Source of the DNA: Spirochaetota bacterium
Lineage (GTDB): Bacteria > Spirochaetota > UBA6919 > CBDBPB01
Direction: 5' to 3'
Length of the DNA stretch: 64,000 nucleotides
Assembly: GCA_965208615.1 (NCBI GenBank)
Contig: CBDBPB010000006.1
Span: 1-64,000 of the forward strand
In this document: one piece after another, positions 63,667 to 64,000 of the stretch
Layout: the number at the start of each line of letters is the position of its first letter
Numbering within the stretch: position 1 is the stretch's first letter
The notes under the pieces: generated by a model
What the model saw: only the letters and a program-made list of their open reading frames with translations
What the model was told of the DNA's origin: nothing
The model's database searches: none
Made by a program: the position numbers and the translations under genes

Positions 63667-64000
63667 TTGAAAGGCTATACAGTTAAGAGTTCATTTTCTA
63701 TTAAAGGTAATGGGATTCATACTAATGATATTTCTGTTATAACGTTTTACCCTCATTATGATGGTATTGCTTTTAGGGTTAAAGACGTTATTATACCAGC
63801 CAATATTGATTTTGTTTTTAGCACTAAATATGAGTTATCCCTTTGTTTTGGGGATTATACTGTACGTAGTGTTGAGCATATTTTATCTGCTTTATATGGT
63901 GTTGGTATAACTAGTTGTGTTATTGAGTTAGATGGTTTAGAGCTACCCATATTGGATGGCAGTTCTGATATAATAACTAAGGCTATAATTAGTTCTGGCT
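63667..64000 (+). CDS. lpxC: UDP-3-O-acyl-GlcNAc deacetylase, 5' part (runs off the window edge)
   Basis: Manual translation from the TTG at 63667: KGYTVKSSFSIKGNGIHT...SVEHILSALYGVGITSCVIELDGLELPILDGSS. Confidence 0.85.
   Translation, partial: MKGYTVKSSFSIKGNGIHTNDISVITFYPHYDGIAFRVKDVIIPANIDFVFSTKYELSLCFGDYTVRSVEHILSALYGVGITSCVIELDGLELPILDGSSDIITKAIISSG

Overview
A very AT-rich stretch of bacterial chromosome, mostly housekeeping genes. The host is probably a lipid A-producing member of the Spirochaetota (inferred from the TPR-Mrr-fold protein, the helicase-associated-domain protein, the HDMP-type ArgF and many lipoprotein-like signal peptides). Contents in order: csoR-copZ-copA (copA partial); a metzincin-like lipoprotein with 48-bp tandem repeats; lpxA; aroB; a large FAD/Fe-S oxidoreductase; a TPR/Mrr-fold gene abutting comEC; dacB; a peptide-binding protein; ftsQAZ; a PAS kinase plus a REC-kinase hybrid; argBDF; rlmN; an Fe-S oxidoreductase/DUF3501 pair; one tRNA(CAT); rnr; ddl; a complete Campylobacterota-style napAGHBFLD operon; a TAXI-TRAP transporter; secA, nth and lpxC (partial). 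Strand composition flips from C/A-rich to G/T-rich on the + strand between about 7 and 13 kb, as expected at a replication origin, yet dnaA is not in the window. At least seven genes carry small indels, most likely sequencing errors. No CRISPR array, integrase, transposase or rRNA was seen. All family assignments come from motif recognition by eye; no database searches were run.
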